Shown here one piece after another: positions 45,301 through 59,785 of a stretch of 64,000 bases of DNA. The translations under genes were made by a program, and so were the position numbers. Location: assembly GCF_009914755.1 (NCBI RefSeq), contig NC_060927.1, one strand, 5' to 3'. Source of the stretch: the human T2T-CHM13v2.0 reference genome, Homo sapiens. Below the pieces are notes generated by a model, which had not been told where the DNA came from, made no database searches, and saw nothing but the letters and a program-made list of their open reading frames with translations. How positions within the stretch are numbered: the first letter of the stretch is position 1; each line of letters opens with the position of its first letter.

Positions 45301-47760
45301 ATCATATTCTTGGCAAATAGACGTAGGCTATCAGCTGACTCAGCCGCAGAATCAGCAGAAAGGACTGTGTCTCCTTCACCTCTGTCTCCCCTGCGGCACC
45401 CACTACAGTCCTTGGGAATGGGTGGCTGCTAAGAAAAGGTTTGTGAAACTGAGTTGAATGGAGAGGGTTGGCTGGAGACCTGAAAGAGGATTTTTAAAGG
45501 CCCAGGTCTCATCATCAACGTGGCCACTCACTAGGTGGTGGAAGGAATGTAGAAAGGATCCTTCCAGCTAAAGCAGGTCCGTGGCGCACCTGCTATGGGT
45601 GGTTTCTGTGCCAGATTCTACACTAGAAACATAGCAGTCCACCTTCCCTTCTTTGAAGACAGCACAGGATCCACATCACACCCTCTTTATCCCCTTCTTG
45701 AAACGTGTGTCTCAGAAAAAGTGTTTAAATAAACCAGTTTGAAGAGCCCATTCTTGTATTTGGGATTCATATGTATATTAACAACCCCGTGGAAAGGCAA
45801 AATGTTGTTATCTGCCTCCTGGAGAGCTTAGATCTCCCAGGAGATCTGTGGCTTGTCTGATGTTGCCTACAGTGCCACTGGCCCCTTTTCTCTTCAAACT
45901 AAACTGTCAGGAAGATTAGCAATACCAGGCAGGCCCTCACAAATCATGGAGCGGAGGACAGGCTGTCCCAGCACGGATCCTGCAACTGAGGTCAGCCACA
46001 GAGCTTCCCATTTTTGCCATCAATTTCTTTAAGCCTGTCTCTCTGGAACCCAGAGCCCACATTTGCAATGAGCCCTAGAGGCTCTTACGAGTTGGAAGCG
46101 GTCACTTGATATTGATTTAGGGCCCTTGGGTTTCTGGAAGCATGCCAAATCTGAAGCAGGAAAAAAAATCTCATCGCCAAGAAGACTTTGGGATAAAAAT
46201 TGCTTTTTTGTGCATCTACTTTTTAGCATTGAGGTTGTGGCAAAGATGACCTATTACTTTTGCAACAGTAACAAAATCTCAGAGGCTAGAGCTTCTTGCT
46301 CTGAAATTTTAATTTTTTCCCTTTTTATTTCTCTTCTCTTCTTTTTAATTTTTAGCTTTATGGGGAGCATTGAGAAAAGTTACTGAGTTTCCATACTGAC
46401 ATACTTCAGAGTTGAAAAAAGATCGACAAAAATCTAATTAAAAAATAACCCAGTTGTAAGACAAAATTCCATACAGTTTCACCCAAGGCCTTCTATGCTA
46501 AGATTTAATTCCAATCCATTCTCTCAGCAGAAAGGGATCTTCCTTAGTTTTACAAATCTGTGGGAGCAAGGCACCCAGGGTGTCTGGGCCAACCAGGGTC
46601 ACTCAGCAAAGAAAAATGCCTTTTGTGACATTCAAGTTGCATTTGTCTGGGGTTCCCACACATACTCATGGAATCTGGAAGATTAGCAGTGAAAAATGAC
46701 CTATTTTAACAGGTGCACACTTGTGTGTAAGTGGGATTTAGCTGAGCGTGGAATTATTTTAACATGGAAATAAGTTGTGGACATTAAGAAACATCACTCT
46801 TTTGACCACACAGGAATCAGACACATGGTCAACATTTGGGAGTTTCTCAAGACTTGAAACGGATGTGTTGGTTGGATTTTTCCAGAGGAAGCCATAATAT
46901 CAGAGAAATAAACATGAATGCCTATAAAACATGACTGTTCGGGTTCCAATTCCTTCCTCAAAGCATGTCCCTTTTCTCCAAGGAACAGAGAGCAAAACTT
47001 TCAATTATTAAATCTGTTTTGGAAAGATCGTTTCAAACGTACAAAATAGCAATAGGTAAAGTAAACCCATGTTTCTCAGCACAGTGCTTTTCAGAGGGGT
47101 TGTGGTCCAAAGGAAAGATCACTGGCTGAGTCAGAAGACAGTGGCTCAACAATCATGAGACACCTGACCTGGGACAAGAAGCTGCATGTCACTGCACCTT
47201 GACATTATCACCTGTGAAGTGGGAATCCTGAGCCTGTGTGCAGCCTCTACCACACGGAGCTATTGGGAGGGGCACGTTAGGTGGTAATGGGAAGATGTGG
47301 TGAATGGATGAGGGCTGCCAAGGTCACTGGATCTGTCATTGCGGTGGAAATGACTGGAACCAGACAAACTGGTTTCTGAGCCCTGTTCCCATTTTTGTTC
47401 TGTTTTGAGCATGTGTAGTTTTGTCTGTTTTCCCTGAGCGGAGACTCAGGGATACCACATGCAGTAGGAGGGAGTGGCAGACGTGGGATCGCTGAGCCTC
47501 AGTAGTGCCTCCAGGAGAAAATAATTTTTTTTCAAGGTGACGGCCATTCTGTCCCGTGACGTGACTTTCCCTGGAATTTATTCAGGGACTTGAATCTGGA
47601 AATCATCAAAATGATTTCAAGGTAGATGGAAGCACATTTCTTTAATGAATAGAAAATTGAAATCTGCTTTCTCAAGATAGCCAGATGATGCCTCTTGTGT
47701 TCCTAAAACAGCCCTAAAGGTACGATTTCAATGTCTGTTCATCACGTGTTTATGGTGGAG

Positions 47761-47968
47761 CAAGCTTGTCCAACCCATGGCCCAGGACGGCTTTGAATGT
47801 AGCCCAATACAAATTTGTAAACTTTCTTAAAACACTGTTTTTTGTGTGTGATTTTTATTTTTATTTTTTTAGCTCATCAGCTATCATTAGTGCTAGTGTA
47901 CTTTATGTGTGGCCCAAGACAATTCTTCTTCCAGTGTGGCCGAGAAGCCAAAAGATTGGACACCCTTG
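47761..47968 (-). mobile_element. MER30 (hAT-Charlie MITE)
   Basis: TTTAGCTCATCAGCTATCATTAGTG..GTGTGGCCCAAGACAATTCTTCTTCCA..AAGCCAAAAGATTGGACACCC. Confidence 0.9.
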
Positions 47969-48114
47969 TATAAAGAAACACTGACTCCTGGTCATTTCTT
48001 TTGGAGAAACACATTGGCTGTGTGACTTTGTTCAGGTCACTTGATCTTTCTGAGGCTCAGCATCCTCACCTTTAAAAGAGGGGAAATGCAACCCCGTCCT
48101 GCCTATTCCACGGG

Positions 48115-48118
<4 letters not shown>

Positions 48119-48151
<33 letters not shown>
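48119..48151. repeat. (TG)n microsatellite
   Basis: About 16 TG units followed by a CA/TA-rich stretch. Confidence 0.95.
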
Positions 48152-48153
<2 letters not shown>

Positions 48154-48721
48154 ATACATATACATATGCACACACATACACAGACTCATAGGATGGGGAA
48201 ATGTCCTCACTATGTGAAAAGCACTTTTTTTCTTTGTTTCTTCTATACACACACACACACAGAATCTGAGGCAATGGGTAAGGCGAGGTCATCCAGAAAG
48301 ATGATTGAACGTCCACATGGAAAGTTGGTTTGAGAATAGGCTTTACAAGGGAATGGCTGAGCAATGTTTGCTCAGGGCTAATAATTGCAACTATTTAGTG
48401 CCTACTATGTGCCTGGCATATGGTAAACTGCGTCATCATTTAACCTTAACAACAGCTCTGGAAGTAGGCATGTCACCATTTTGCAAACAAGGAAGCTGAG
48501 GCTCAGGGATACCCCTGCCTTGCCCAGGTTCATGCACCAATAAGTGGCGATGGTTTGGCTCTCTGCTCTGTCTCCGGCAGAATCTGGCCTCTTGCTGCCT
48601 CATTCCTGTGGCATAGAGAACAGGGGACAGTGCATGAGTCAGAGTTCCCAGCTGTTCACAAAGACGACAAACTGGTTTCTGAGCCCTGTGCCCTTTTTCG
48701 TTTTGTTTTGAGCATGTATAG

Positions 48722-49075
<354 letters not shown>

Positions 49076-51173
49076 AATATTTCATCTGTTTAAGTCTGTT
49101 TTGTAATTCTCAGGCCCGCAGCTCTGTCACTGCTCAGCCTCAGGTGCTGCACTATAAATGCTCCCTAGCTCCATCTCTCTTCCACAGCAGCCCCCAGTTC
49201 CCAGGCTGAATTTGCTGGGCCCAAAGCACGGGGATTAGGAAGAGAGGACCTTCCTCAGGAGTGAAGCCCCTCAGCCTCTCAGTTCTTGCAGCAGGGGATC
49301 CTGGGCCCTGGCTCTGGCCACCCAAGGAGAAAGCCTGCCTGGGCAGAGAAGGGGGCTCGGAGAGGTCCTCCCAACCACCTATTTATCGTTGCCCAGGCTC
49401 CTAGGCCTGGATCTGTCAGCCAGGGCCTGCCCATGGCCCTGGGAGGTGATGGGAGTGGTGGTAGTTTCAGTCTCTGATGAAAGCTGCTGAAACCGGCACG
49501 GAGCACACATGAAAAGGACGAAAGAGAAGGCGCAAGGCTGACTGCCAGGTGGCAGGCGTGATGGGACTTGTCTCCCACTTGGGGAGATGAAGACAAAAGG
49601 CAGCGTCATCCCCCAGAATGAGTGACTCTGCCTCTGTAGGGCTGTTTCTGAGCAGGGCCTCCGTGCCTGGAAGAATGATGCCTTTGGCCTCCTGAGTTCT
49701 GAGCAATATCCCCTGGCTAAGTGGGTTGTTCCCATCAATATTCAGGAGTCTTTGGTGTTGAGAAACCTTGAACGATGTAAGCTGAGAGGTAGCACCATCA
49801 ATTCCTGTCTAGACTAGATTTTTGGAATCCAGGCTCCCAAGATGAAAGGGTACATTATGAAGGCAGGGCATAAATCTACCATGCCAACAAGACCCACATT
49901 CACCTCGGATTATTTACACCTTTCTGCCTCCCTCTGGGCATTGCCTGTCCCACTGTAGCCCACTTTCAACTTTTGACAGGATCACTTAATGCATCATGAC
50001 CTACAAGTAGCCAGTTACATATATTTTCATTGTGAGGGACTCTGTACCCCAGGCCAGTTTCCCCCTCCTGACTCCCTGCAGTTTTACCTTTTTACTTGGC
50101 CCTTAAAGACACCACAGATGCTAAGGAAGGGATGAATGTTGGTCATAAGCACGCAGTGAAACCTGGCTGGGGAGGGTCACCGAGTGTGTATTACTAATTC
50201 GATCTCCGCCGCACCCTTGGTCTCATGCCCAGCACCTTTGTGTGGTGGTTACTCAAGGATGTGGGAAGCCGCTGGAGCGAGGCTGCTGACGCACCCCATT
50301 TCAGAACTGCCAACGCGGGCTCCTTGGCAACCAGAGCTCACCATCTGCCCAGGCAACCAGGGAGGGCACAGAGGGCAGTGAGCCTCTGCCAGGATGGACA
50401 GTTCTCAGCATTGAAAACTAGCTGTGGGTTCTGCCAGTACCGTGGAGCCAATTGTACGTCTCATTCAGCCTCGGGTCCTGCCTTGCCAGCTGCGTGTGGG
50501 CCATCTTAACTTGGATGATCCCTGGACGCTTACCATTTAAGAGCATAAGGGTGGATCAGTCACTTTCTCTTAGAGGGCTCCATTTTCCTGTCTTTGTCAT
50601 GAGAAGATTGGGCTGCAATAGTCTTCCATGTGCCTTCCAGCACCGTGCAGTAGGATACGGCGGGTGTGGACCTTGAAAGCCAAAACGTCGATGTTCATAT
50701 CTGGCTCTGCTGTGTGACTGCAGGCAGGCCCCTGAACTTTTTCACCCTCATTTCTTTGCCTCTGAAATAGGGCTAGATAAAGCCTCTTGGCCCCTGGCCC
50801 CTGTTATTACCCCCAGTTAACAACAGCGCTGATAATGACCCACACTTACTGTTGGCTTCCTGTGAGCCAGGCCGTGCTCTAAGGGCTTGGTATATGATAA
50901 CTCATCTCATTTGTGAGAAAATCTCTCCAAAGCAGAAACTTCCCAGTTTCACTTTCACTGAGAGTGCTCATGGGCCTTCCCAAGGCCACACAGCCAGCAA
51001 GTATTATGTCTGGGACTTGAACTCAGTAGTGAGAGCTTACCTTCTACACGGTTCTCTCTCTGCAAGAGGAACCCCGTAAATGTCATGTCCATTTTCTTCT
51101 CCTTTTCTCTTTCAGCTCGGCACACTTCTTCATTTGGTGTCCAAAGTAACATCCACCTACTCTTAATGTTTTC

Positions 51174-51473
51174 GGCCGGGTGCAGTGGCTCATGCCTGTA
51201 ATCCCAGCACTTTGGGAGGCTGAGGCAGGTGGATCACCTGAGGTCAGGAGTTTGAGACCAGCCTGGCCAACATGGTGAAACCTCTTCTCTACTAAGAATA
51301 CAAATATTAGCCAGGCGTGGTGGCAGGCAACTGTAATCCCAGCTACTCAGGAGGCTGAGGCAGGAGAACTGCTTGAACCTGGGAGGTGGAAGTTGCGGTG
51401 AGCCGAGATTGGCACCACTGGCACTCCAGCCTGGGTGACAAAGCGAGACTCCGTCTCAAAAAAAAAAAAAAAA
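51174..51473 (+). mobile_element. AluSx-like
   Basis: Full dimer with GATCACCTGAGGTCAGG; short TSD GTTTTC. Confidence 0.95.
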
Positions 51474-53550
51474 GTTTTCACGACTCTCCTCATCCCACAC
51501 AGTCACCTGTGACTCCTGTCTTTTCTCCCAACCCCTTTTACTTCCATATTTCTTAGTGTTCCAGTTAGAGGGAACTGCTTGTGCAAATGTCCCGTGGCAA
51601 GAGAGAGTGCAGAGGGAGGACGAAGAGAGGGAACAACACAGTGGCTGCCTCCAGGCAGGCTGAGCTTGATGAACCAACAGGACCCTGACCATCTGAGCTT
51701 TGAGTTCTTTCTGCCTGCTAAGAGAAATGAGAAACTTCTGAAGCACTTTAAGTGAAAGAGTGACATGATCCAGGCTACCTTTTAAAAATAGTTTTTATCC
51801 TGCTAGAAACCTTTCCAGGAGCCAGCAGGGCCTTCCTATTCTGAGCCAAAGTTTTTCTGCCTCATATTCAAAGCCTCTGTCCAGCATCCAACTGGGACAT
51901 GTGTCTGGGTTGGGGGCAGGGAGAAGGGCTTCCCAGGTGGGTGGATGGGATATGTAGTGAAAGACCCTTTCGTTCCAAGTCCGCAGGCCTCCAATGGGCT
52001 CTTCCACTCCTAATGCACAGCCCCTCACCTGTTCTCTGCTTTCAAATGGCCCTTTGCCTCCTTCCACAGATCTCTAAGCTTTACTTCTTTCCAGTGAACC
52101 TTGTGAAGTCCTTCTAACGCTTTCTGATGAACTCTGGCCTCTATGTTTTCAGAGATTTCTACATCCAGCTATACTATGCTGACAAAGATGTTTCCTGAGC
52201 ATCTATTAAGTGCTGTGCAAGACTCTGGTGATAAGGACACATAGCTCTGCCCGCAAAGGGTACTCACAGTCTAGTGTTGGGGGCAGAATCAATCATGTAC
52301 GCAGGTGACGATTGCACACCCAGAGGAAGATGCACGGCGTGGTGAAGTTCAAAGACGGGAGAGATGTTTCTGCCTGGTGGGCTGGGGAGGGATGAAGATC
52401 GGCATGGTCATGTCATAGTGAAGGCGGGACTGGACTCAGGCCTCATGGGCAGATGTGGACCGTCACACATGGCAGGAAGGGCACTCTAGATGCAGGCAAC
52501 AGCAGAAGCTAGCGCCATGAGGCAAGGAAAGCACAGCTTTCTACAGGGCTAGGGGAGTCGATTGCATGAGGGGAGGACTCATGGGTGTGGGATCATGAGA
52601 GGCAAGACTGACCAGGTGAGGAACAGGGCCCTTCAGAGAAAAATACCAGTCTGGTTTCAATCAGAGCTATCCTGGTGTACCTAAGTGTTTGAGCTCCTAC
52701 AAGGCAGGGTCTAGCCACTACTCAGTTTATAAACAGGTCAGCGCCTAGAACTGTGATCTGAACAGTGCGGATGCTCAGAGAGGCTCTGCCTCATGTCCCT
52801 GCAGGAGGCAGAAGAACTGGGGCCGAGGACTGGTGGTTAGGCCTGGAATGTTCATTCTCTCTCCCTTTCTTCAGGCCATTCCCTTGCTTCTTCCCATCGG
52901 TCACTTCCAAATCTCCATCTTCAAGTTCCAACTCAAAAGCTACCCTGCCCTAATGCCTTCTCAGCAACCCAGCCAGGAAAGCACTGCTGCTCCTTTGGAA
53001 CCTGGGAGCTTCCTTAGAACGGTCCCTTGCATCTCCTGCACCCCCAGGCAATCCCACCCCACTCAGTATGTGTCTGTGCAGCAGCCCATCCCACCTTTCA
53101 GAGTGAAAGGTTTTTAAGCATCTCTCAGCACCTCTTCCCTTCCTGATATCCTCCAGGACCCTAACACAGCAACCACCTCATATTACATGCACAAGAGTGC
53201 AAGCTGCCTGAGACGGTCACCTTAAAAAGAGGCCACACTCCTTCCTGGGACCCAAGAGCAGTGTGCAAGAGGTGGTGTGAGGTCGCGGGTGGGGCCTGGG
53301 ACAGCCTCTGGCATGAACTGGGACTGCACTTATCTGACTCTGTGCCTACTTGGCATCTGCCTGTGCCCTCAGGAAAAGCCTGTATCATGATGGCTGATTG
53401 CTGATAAGAGGGGGTAGAGCATGCTCTATTCACCTGACTCCCAGCACAGTCAAACCTGCAACCACTGCTCTGAATCACCCAGGAAAGTCCCACTTCCACC
53501 TTGTGTTTTTTTGACCTCTCCTTCGCGTGCATTAAAAGCACCAGGAGCAA

Positions 53551-53849
53551 GGCCGGTGAGGTGTCTCACACCTATAATCCCAGCAGTTTGGGAGGCTAAG
53601 GCAGCCGGATCACGAGGTCAGGAGTTCGAGACCAGCCTGGCCAACATGGTGAAACCCCATCTCTACTAAAATACAAAAAAATTAGCCAGGCATGGTGGTG
53701 CATGCCTGTGGTCCAACAACTCGGGAGGCTGAGGCAGGGGAATCACTTTTGGACCCAGGAGATGGAGGTTGCAGTGAGCTAAGATCATGCCACTGCACTC
53801 CAGCCTGGGTGACAGAGCAAGACTCCGTCTCAAAAAAAAGAAAAAAAAA
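53551..53849 (+). mobile_element. AluSg-like
   Basis: GATCACGAGGTCAGGAGTTCGAG; TSD GCACCAGGAGC. Confidence 0.93.
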
Positions 53850-54844
53850 GGCACCAGGAGCCAAAAAATATAGATGCCAGGGTGCTGGAAGAGCTCAGTG
53901 GAAATGTGAGCAGAGGGAACCTCTTTCTTGGTAGGATTTTGGGGTACACAGTTTTTTTCCTCTGAGGCAGATTCTCCTTACTCCAAATTGGGTGCCATGA
54001 GTCATAAGGAGCCATCTCTCTCTGATGATTTACAAACATCTCAACTCATTCTTTGCTTCTTAAAATTGGAGCGAGCTATCAAATGGCTTTATGAGGTATT
54101 CATCGAGCATCTCTATGTGCCCAGGGGTGTTGTTGAGGCTTTAGGGTTTACAACAGAATTTCAGCCCCAACCTGCCATTCAAGCCTCAACTCCAAGTGCA
54201 CCTGCCGTGCTTCAGTGTCCCGGACGAGGCCTGCGGCAGCCACATGGGGCTGCCATCTTTTCTCACTCTGCCTACAAAGTCCCACCACCAGCCAGGATTC
54301 TGCTCAAGCTGTTGTCTCCACCTGGAATCCTCTTCCACCCCCATCTGCTTATTAAATTCCCAATAACCTACTTATTCTAAGGAATCCTGCCCACCCTCTT
54401 GTAAGGCCCAGCTCTAAGTTAACTGTTACTGGGAGACTGTACAGTTTCTCCCAGTCAGAACTCCACTGCCCCCACCACCTCTCTCATGGCAGAGTTCTGT
54501 GTCCCTCTCCAGGCACCGTCTGGAGTCTCCAATAAAGACTCTTTCCCATACAGAGGACTTGTCAGTGCGGTGAAGACAGAGACCAATACCCCAGAGATGA
54601 GGAGACCCAAGTGCTGGTCTAGTCTGACCTGGCAGTCGGTGACCTTGGACCCAGGGTCTTCAACTTTAGCCTGTTTTCCCATCTGCGGATGAGAGGCTTG
54701 TCCAGAGTAGGATTCCCAATCTGGATTCTGCCTAATCCTGTCTCCTGGAGCACCTGTTCAAAATACACTGGGTCCTCTCCCAGGCTGACAAAAGTAGACT
54801 CTCAGAGGGTAGAGCTTTCAATCTATATTTTTAACAAGCTTCCC

Positions 54845-55227
<383 letters not shown>

Positions 55228-55460
55228 CTAGAGGGTTCCTAAAATCCTACAAAAATCCCGTGGTTCCTTGAATGATCCTTTCTCTGCTTCATGTGATGCT
55301 CCCTAGAATAAACTACATCAACAGCACCACCGTGAGTACAACTCCAGTGCTTGAATGAGAAAACCCTGGGTCATGACTAGGTCTCATGTCTCTCAAAGGG
55401 CTACTGTGCTTTGTGGAAATTTTGGATGGTTGGAAACACATAATGATAGCCAACCCATTT

Positions 55461-55837
55461 ATATTAGTTAGCTTGGGTTGACCTAACAAAACACCACAGA
55501 GCAGGTGGCTTAAAAAACAGAAATTTATTGCTCACAGTTCTGAAGCCTGAGATATCCAAGATCAAGGTGCTGGTCAATTTGGTAATGAGTGAAGCCTTCC
55601 TTCCCGGCTTGTAGCCGGCAGCCTTCTTACTGTATCCCGACTGGGAAGAAAGAGAGCTCTGCTATCTCTTCTTCACCTTATAAGGGCCCCAGCCCTATCA
55701 GATTAGGGCCCTAGCCTTCCAACCTCATTTAACCTTTATCACCACCTCCTCACAAGCCCTGTCTCCAAAGACAGGCACACCGGAGGTTTGGGCTTCCGCA
55801 TGAGTTTGAGAGACGTACAAACACTCAGTCCGTGATA
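55461..55837 (-). mobile_element. MLT1A/MST-type MaLR solo LTR
   Basis: GGTGGCTTAAAAAACAGAAATTTATTGCTCACAGTTCTG..TCCAAGATCAAGGTGCTGG..ACAAACACTCAGTCC. Confidence 0.85.
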
Positions 55838-56299
55838 ACTCTATGCCTGAGGCTTTAGAGAAAGTCAAGCTGACCTAACAGGCAAATTGGTATCCAGATA
55901 AATTCTATTACCTATTTTCCCCAATAAGTTCTTGAGAAATAGCTGCTGCTCCCACCGTTGCATGGTTGATTGAGACTTACGATTCAGGAAGGCGGTGGCT
56001 GCTTCCTCCCCATGGTGGTGCAGGCTCCATGCGGCACTCAGTGTGCCCTCCTGGGATGCTTTTGGATAGGTTTCAGTGTGCTTCTGGCTTGTTCCTGTCT
56101 ATTTCTCCAGCTGGATTTCCAACTGTTCTGCCAATCCTGTGACCACTCCCATTTCCTTCTAACGAAATGTCTTTTCTACCTGAGTCAGCTAGCATGGGTT
56201 TCTACTGCTTGCAACTCAGGTCTTGCTGACACATATATCATGCAAGGAATGATAGAAGGCGCTGCAAGTATTTCTTCTGAAGCAGGGAAGTCTCCAGGA

Positions 56300-56505
56300 G
56301 TTGCCCGCTTATCTACAGATACCTAAAGGGCTATTGTATGGAAGGGAAACAGGATGCTTCTGTGTGGCTTCAGAAGGCAATACTGGACCCACAAGGAGAG
56401 CTTTAGGGAGAACTATTTCAACTCAACACAAGACAGAAGCTTCAGAGCTAGTCCTCAGGAACATGGTGCTGAGGGATGAAGTGAGCTTGCTCCTGTCACT
56501 GTGGG
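56300..56505 (+). mobile_element. L3/CR1 fragment
   Basis: AAAGGGCTATTGTATGGAAGGG..TTCTGTGTGGCTTCAGAAGGCA..GTGAGCTT. Confidence 0.55.
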
Positions 56506-56576
56506 GGCGGGGTGGGGCGGTGGCAGTGGAGGCTGGACCTTTTTGTCAAGGATGCTGTGTAGAAAAGGTCTGTTTT

Positions 56577-57940
56577 GACACATAGACCAATAGAACAGAG
56601 TAGAGATCTCAGATATAAGACCACACATCTACAACCATCTCATCTTTGGCAAACCTGACAAAGACAAACAATGGGGAAAGGATTCTCTATTTCATAAATG
56701 GTGCTGGGAAAACTGGCCAGCCATATTCAGTAAACTGAAACTGGACCCCTTCCTTATACCTTATACAAAAATTAACTCAAGATGGATTAAAGACTTAAAT
56801 GTAAAACCCAAAACCATAAAAACCCTAGAAGAAAATCCAGGCAGTACCATTCAGGACATAGGCATGGGCAAAGATTTTATGATGAAATTGCCAAAAGCAA
56901 TTGCAAAAAAAGCAAAAATTGACAAATGGCATCTAATTAAACTAAAGCGCTTCTGTACAGCAAAAGAAACTATCATCAAGAGTGAACAGGAAACCTACAG
57001 AATGAAAGAAAATTTTTGCAATCTACCCATCTGACAAAGGTGTAATATCCAGAATCTACAAGGAACTTAAACAAATTTACAAGAAAAAACAACCCCATCA
57101 AAAGGTGGGCCAAGGACATGAACAGAGACTTCTCAAAATAAAACATTTATGTAGCCAACAAGCATATGAAAAAAAGCTCAACATCAGTGATCATTAGAGA
57201 AATGCAAATCAAAACCACAATGAGGTACCATCTCACGCCAGTCAGTATGGCAACTGTTAAAAAGTCAAGAAACAACAGATGCTGGCAAGGCTGTGGAGAA
57301 ATAGGAACGCTTTTACACTGTTGGTGGGAATGTAAATCAGTTCAACCATTGTGGAAGACAGTGTGATGATTCCTCAAGGATCTAGAACCAGAAATATCAT
57401 TTGACCCAGCAATTCCATTACTGGGTATATACCCAAAGTAATATAAATCATTCTATTATAAAGATACATGCGCACATATGTTTATTGCCATACTATTTGT
57501 AATAGCAAAGACATGGAATCAACCCAAATGCCCAACAATGATAGACTGGATAAAGAAAATGTGGTACATATACCATGAAATACTATGTAGCCATAAAAAG
57601 GAATGAGGCCATGTCCTTTGCAGGGACATGAAGCTGGAAGCGATCATTCGCAGCAAACTAACACAGGAACAGAAAACCAAACACTGCATGTTCTCACTCA
57701 TAAGTGGGAGCTGAACAATGAGAACACATGGACAAAGGGAAGGGAACAACACACACCAGGGCCTGTGGGGAGTAGGGAGGGAAAACATCAGGATAAATAG
57801 TTACTGCATGCGGGGCTTCATGCCTAGGTGATGGGTTGGTAGGTGCGGCAAACCACCATGGCACACGTTTACCTGTGTAACAAACCTGCACGTTCTGCAC
57901 ATGTGTCCCAGAACTTAAAATAAAATAAAATTTTAAAAAA
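56577..57940 (+). mobile_element. 5'-truncated primate L1 (about L1PA10-13), ORF2 C-terminus + 3' UTR
   Basis: Peptide [44 protein letters not shown]; 3' UTR GCAAACCACCATGGCACACGTTTACC..AGAACTTAAAATAAAA. Confidence 0.96.
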
Positions 57941-58277
57941 GAAAGAATGTTTCCTTGATGAAGATATCTCTGCTTTTAAGATGTATCTGCATTTTTAATT
58001 ACACTTCAGTACAATTGACGTGCCATTTAAGTAATTAATCTTCCACTAGACGAAAGGAAAGGGAAGAGAAGGGAAGGGAACCATCTAGTCTTTTGCTTAT
58101 TAATTTTTATATTAGTAACTTTTATGATTATGAGAAGAAATATAAACCATGTGAAGTGGAGAAAATTTGGTTACTAGAGAAAAACATGAAGTGGAAAATA
58201 AATACCACCTATAACCCACCACACATTTTGGCAAATGTGTTTCCAGTCCAGTCTTTTTATATCAATTAGATATGTAC

Positions 58278-59785
58278 TTTTTTTATTGAAATATAATTCA
58301 CATACCACACAATTCACTGGTTTCAATTGTACCACTCAGTGGCTTTTACTATATTCACAGAGCTGTGCCACCAACCATTGCCACAGTACAATTTCACACA
58401 TCTTCCCCAGCCTCTCAGAGAAACCTCCATCCCTTTTAGCTGTCACCCTTTCAGCTGTCACCCCTTAACTTCCCTCATCTCCTCCATCTCCAGCCCTGGG
58501 AAACCAAGAATCTACTTTGTGCTTGTATGGATTTGCCTGTTCTGGACATTTCATATAAATCGAATCATATAATATGTGGGGGTTTTTTTGGTAACCAGCT
58601 TCTTTCACTTAGTATAATATTTTCAAGGTTTATTTGTGTTGTAACGTGAGTGCGCACCTCCTTCGTATGGCTGAGTAATAGTCTGGTGTTTGGGTATAAC
58701 ACAATTTTTAATCCATTCATCACTTGATAGACATTTGGGACATTTGGGTTGTTTGCGCTTTTTGGCTATTATGAATAATGTTACTATGAACTTTTGGCAC
58801 AAATTTTTGCATGGGTGTATGTTTTCATTTCTCTTGGTTATATACCTAGAAATGGAATAGAATGGGCTTATGTGGTAACTCTATGTTTAACCTTTTGAGG
58901 AATTGCCAGACTGTTTTCCAAAGTCTCTCCACTATTTTACATTTCCACCAGCAGCGTATGAGAATTCTGATTTCTCCACACCCTCACCAACAATTTTTAT
59001 TATTTGTCTTTTTTATGACAGCCATCTAGTGTTATATAATTTCATTGTGGTTTTTATTTGCATTTCCCTGATAGCTAATGACTCATCTTTTTATGTGTTT
59101 ATTGATCATTGTATATAGTCTTATGGAGAAATAGCTTTCAGATCTTTTGCCTTTATTTAAAAAAAAAAGAGAGAACAAGTGTCTCTCTGTTGCTCAGGCT
59201 GGAGAGCAATGGTACAATCATAGCTCACTGTAACCTCAAACACCTAGGCTCAAGCCATCCTCCTACCTTAGCCTTCAGGGTAACTGGAACTATAGGCATG
59301 CAACAACATTCCTGCCCAAAAAGAAATTGATGAGGACTCCTGGGCTTAAGCAGTTCTCCCGTCTCAGCCTCCCAAAGGGCTGGGATTACAGGTGTGAGCC
59401 ACTGCACCTAGTCTTTTGACCGTTTTCAGATTGTGTTCATTGTCTTTTTAGTATTGAGTTTTAAGAGTTATTTATATATTCTAGATACAAACCCCTTATC
59501 AGATATATGGTTTGCAAAATTTTTCTCCCATTCTTTTGGCTGTCTTTTATACTTTCTTGGTGGTGTTCTTAGAAATACAAATATTTTTAGTATCAATGAA
59601 ATCCAACTTAACTATTTTTTCTTTTGTTGCTCATGCTTTTGGAGTCATATCTAAGAAACCATTGCCTAATGCTAGGTCATTAAGATTTATCCCATCTTTT
59701 CTTTTAGGGGTTTTCATAATTTTAGCTTTACATTTGAGTCTTTGATCCATTTTAAGTTAATTTTTGTGAATGGTGTGAGGAATGG
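58278..59785 (-). mobile_element. L1MB-type 3' fragment
   Basis: TTTATTGAAATATAATTCACATACC..TGGACATTTCATATAAAT..AACCTTTTGAGGAATTGCCAGACTG. Confidence 0.9.
59170..59413 (-). mobile_element. Degenerate, internally deleted AluJ in L1MB
   Basis: ATCATAGCTCACTG..GGCTCAAGCCATCCTCC..GCTGGGATTACAGGTGTGAGCCACTG. Confidence 0.85.

Noticed and set aside
51320-51430. Extra single bases in the Alu (GAGATTGGCACCACTGGCACTCC)
   Set aside because: Neutral indels or read errors; no functional implication
53928-54380. 150-aa ORF outside Alu
   Set aside because: No recognisable homology; it appears to overlap an L2/MIR-like fragment and this length can occur by chance
58432-58465. Short tandem duplications here and at about 37981, 58730 and 63659
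   Set aside because: Ordinary 9-21 bp slippage duplications with no supporting context
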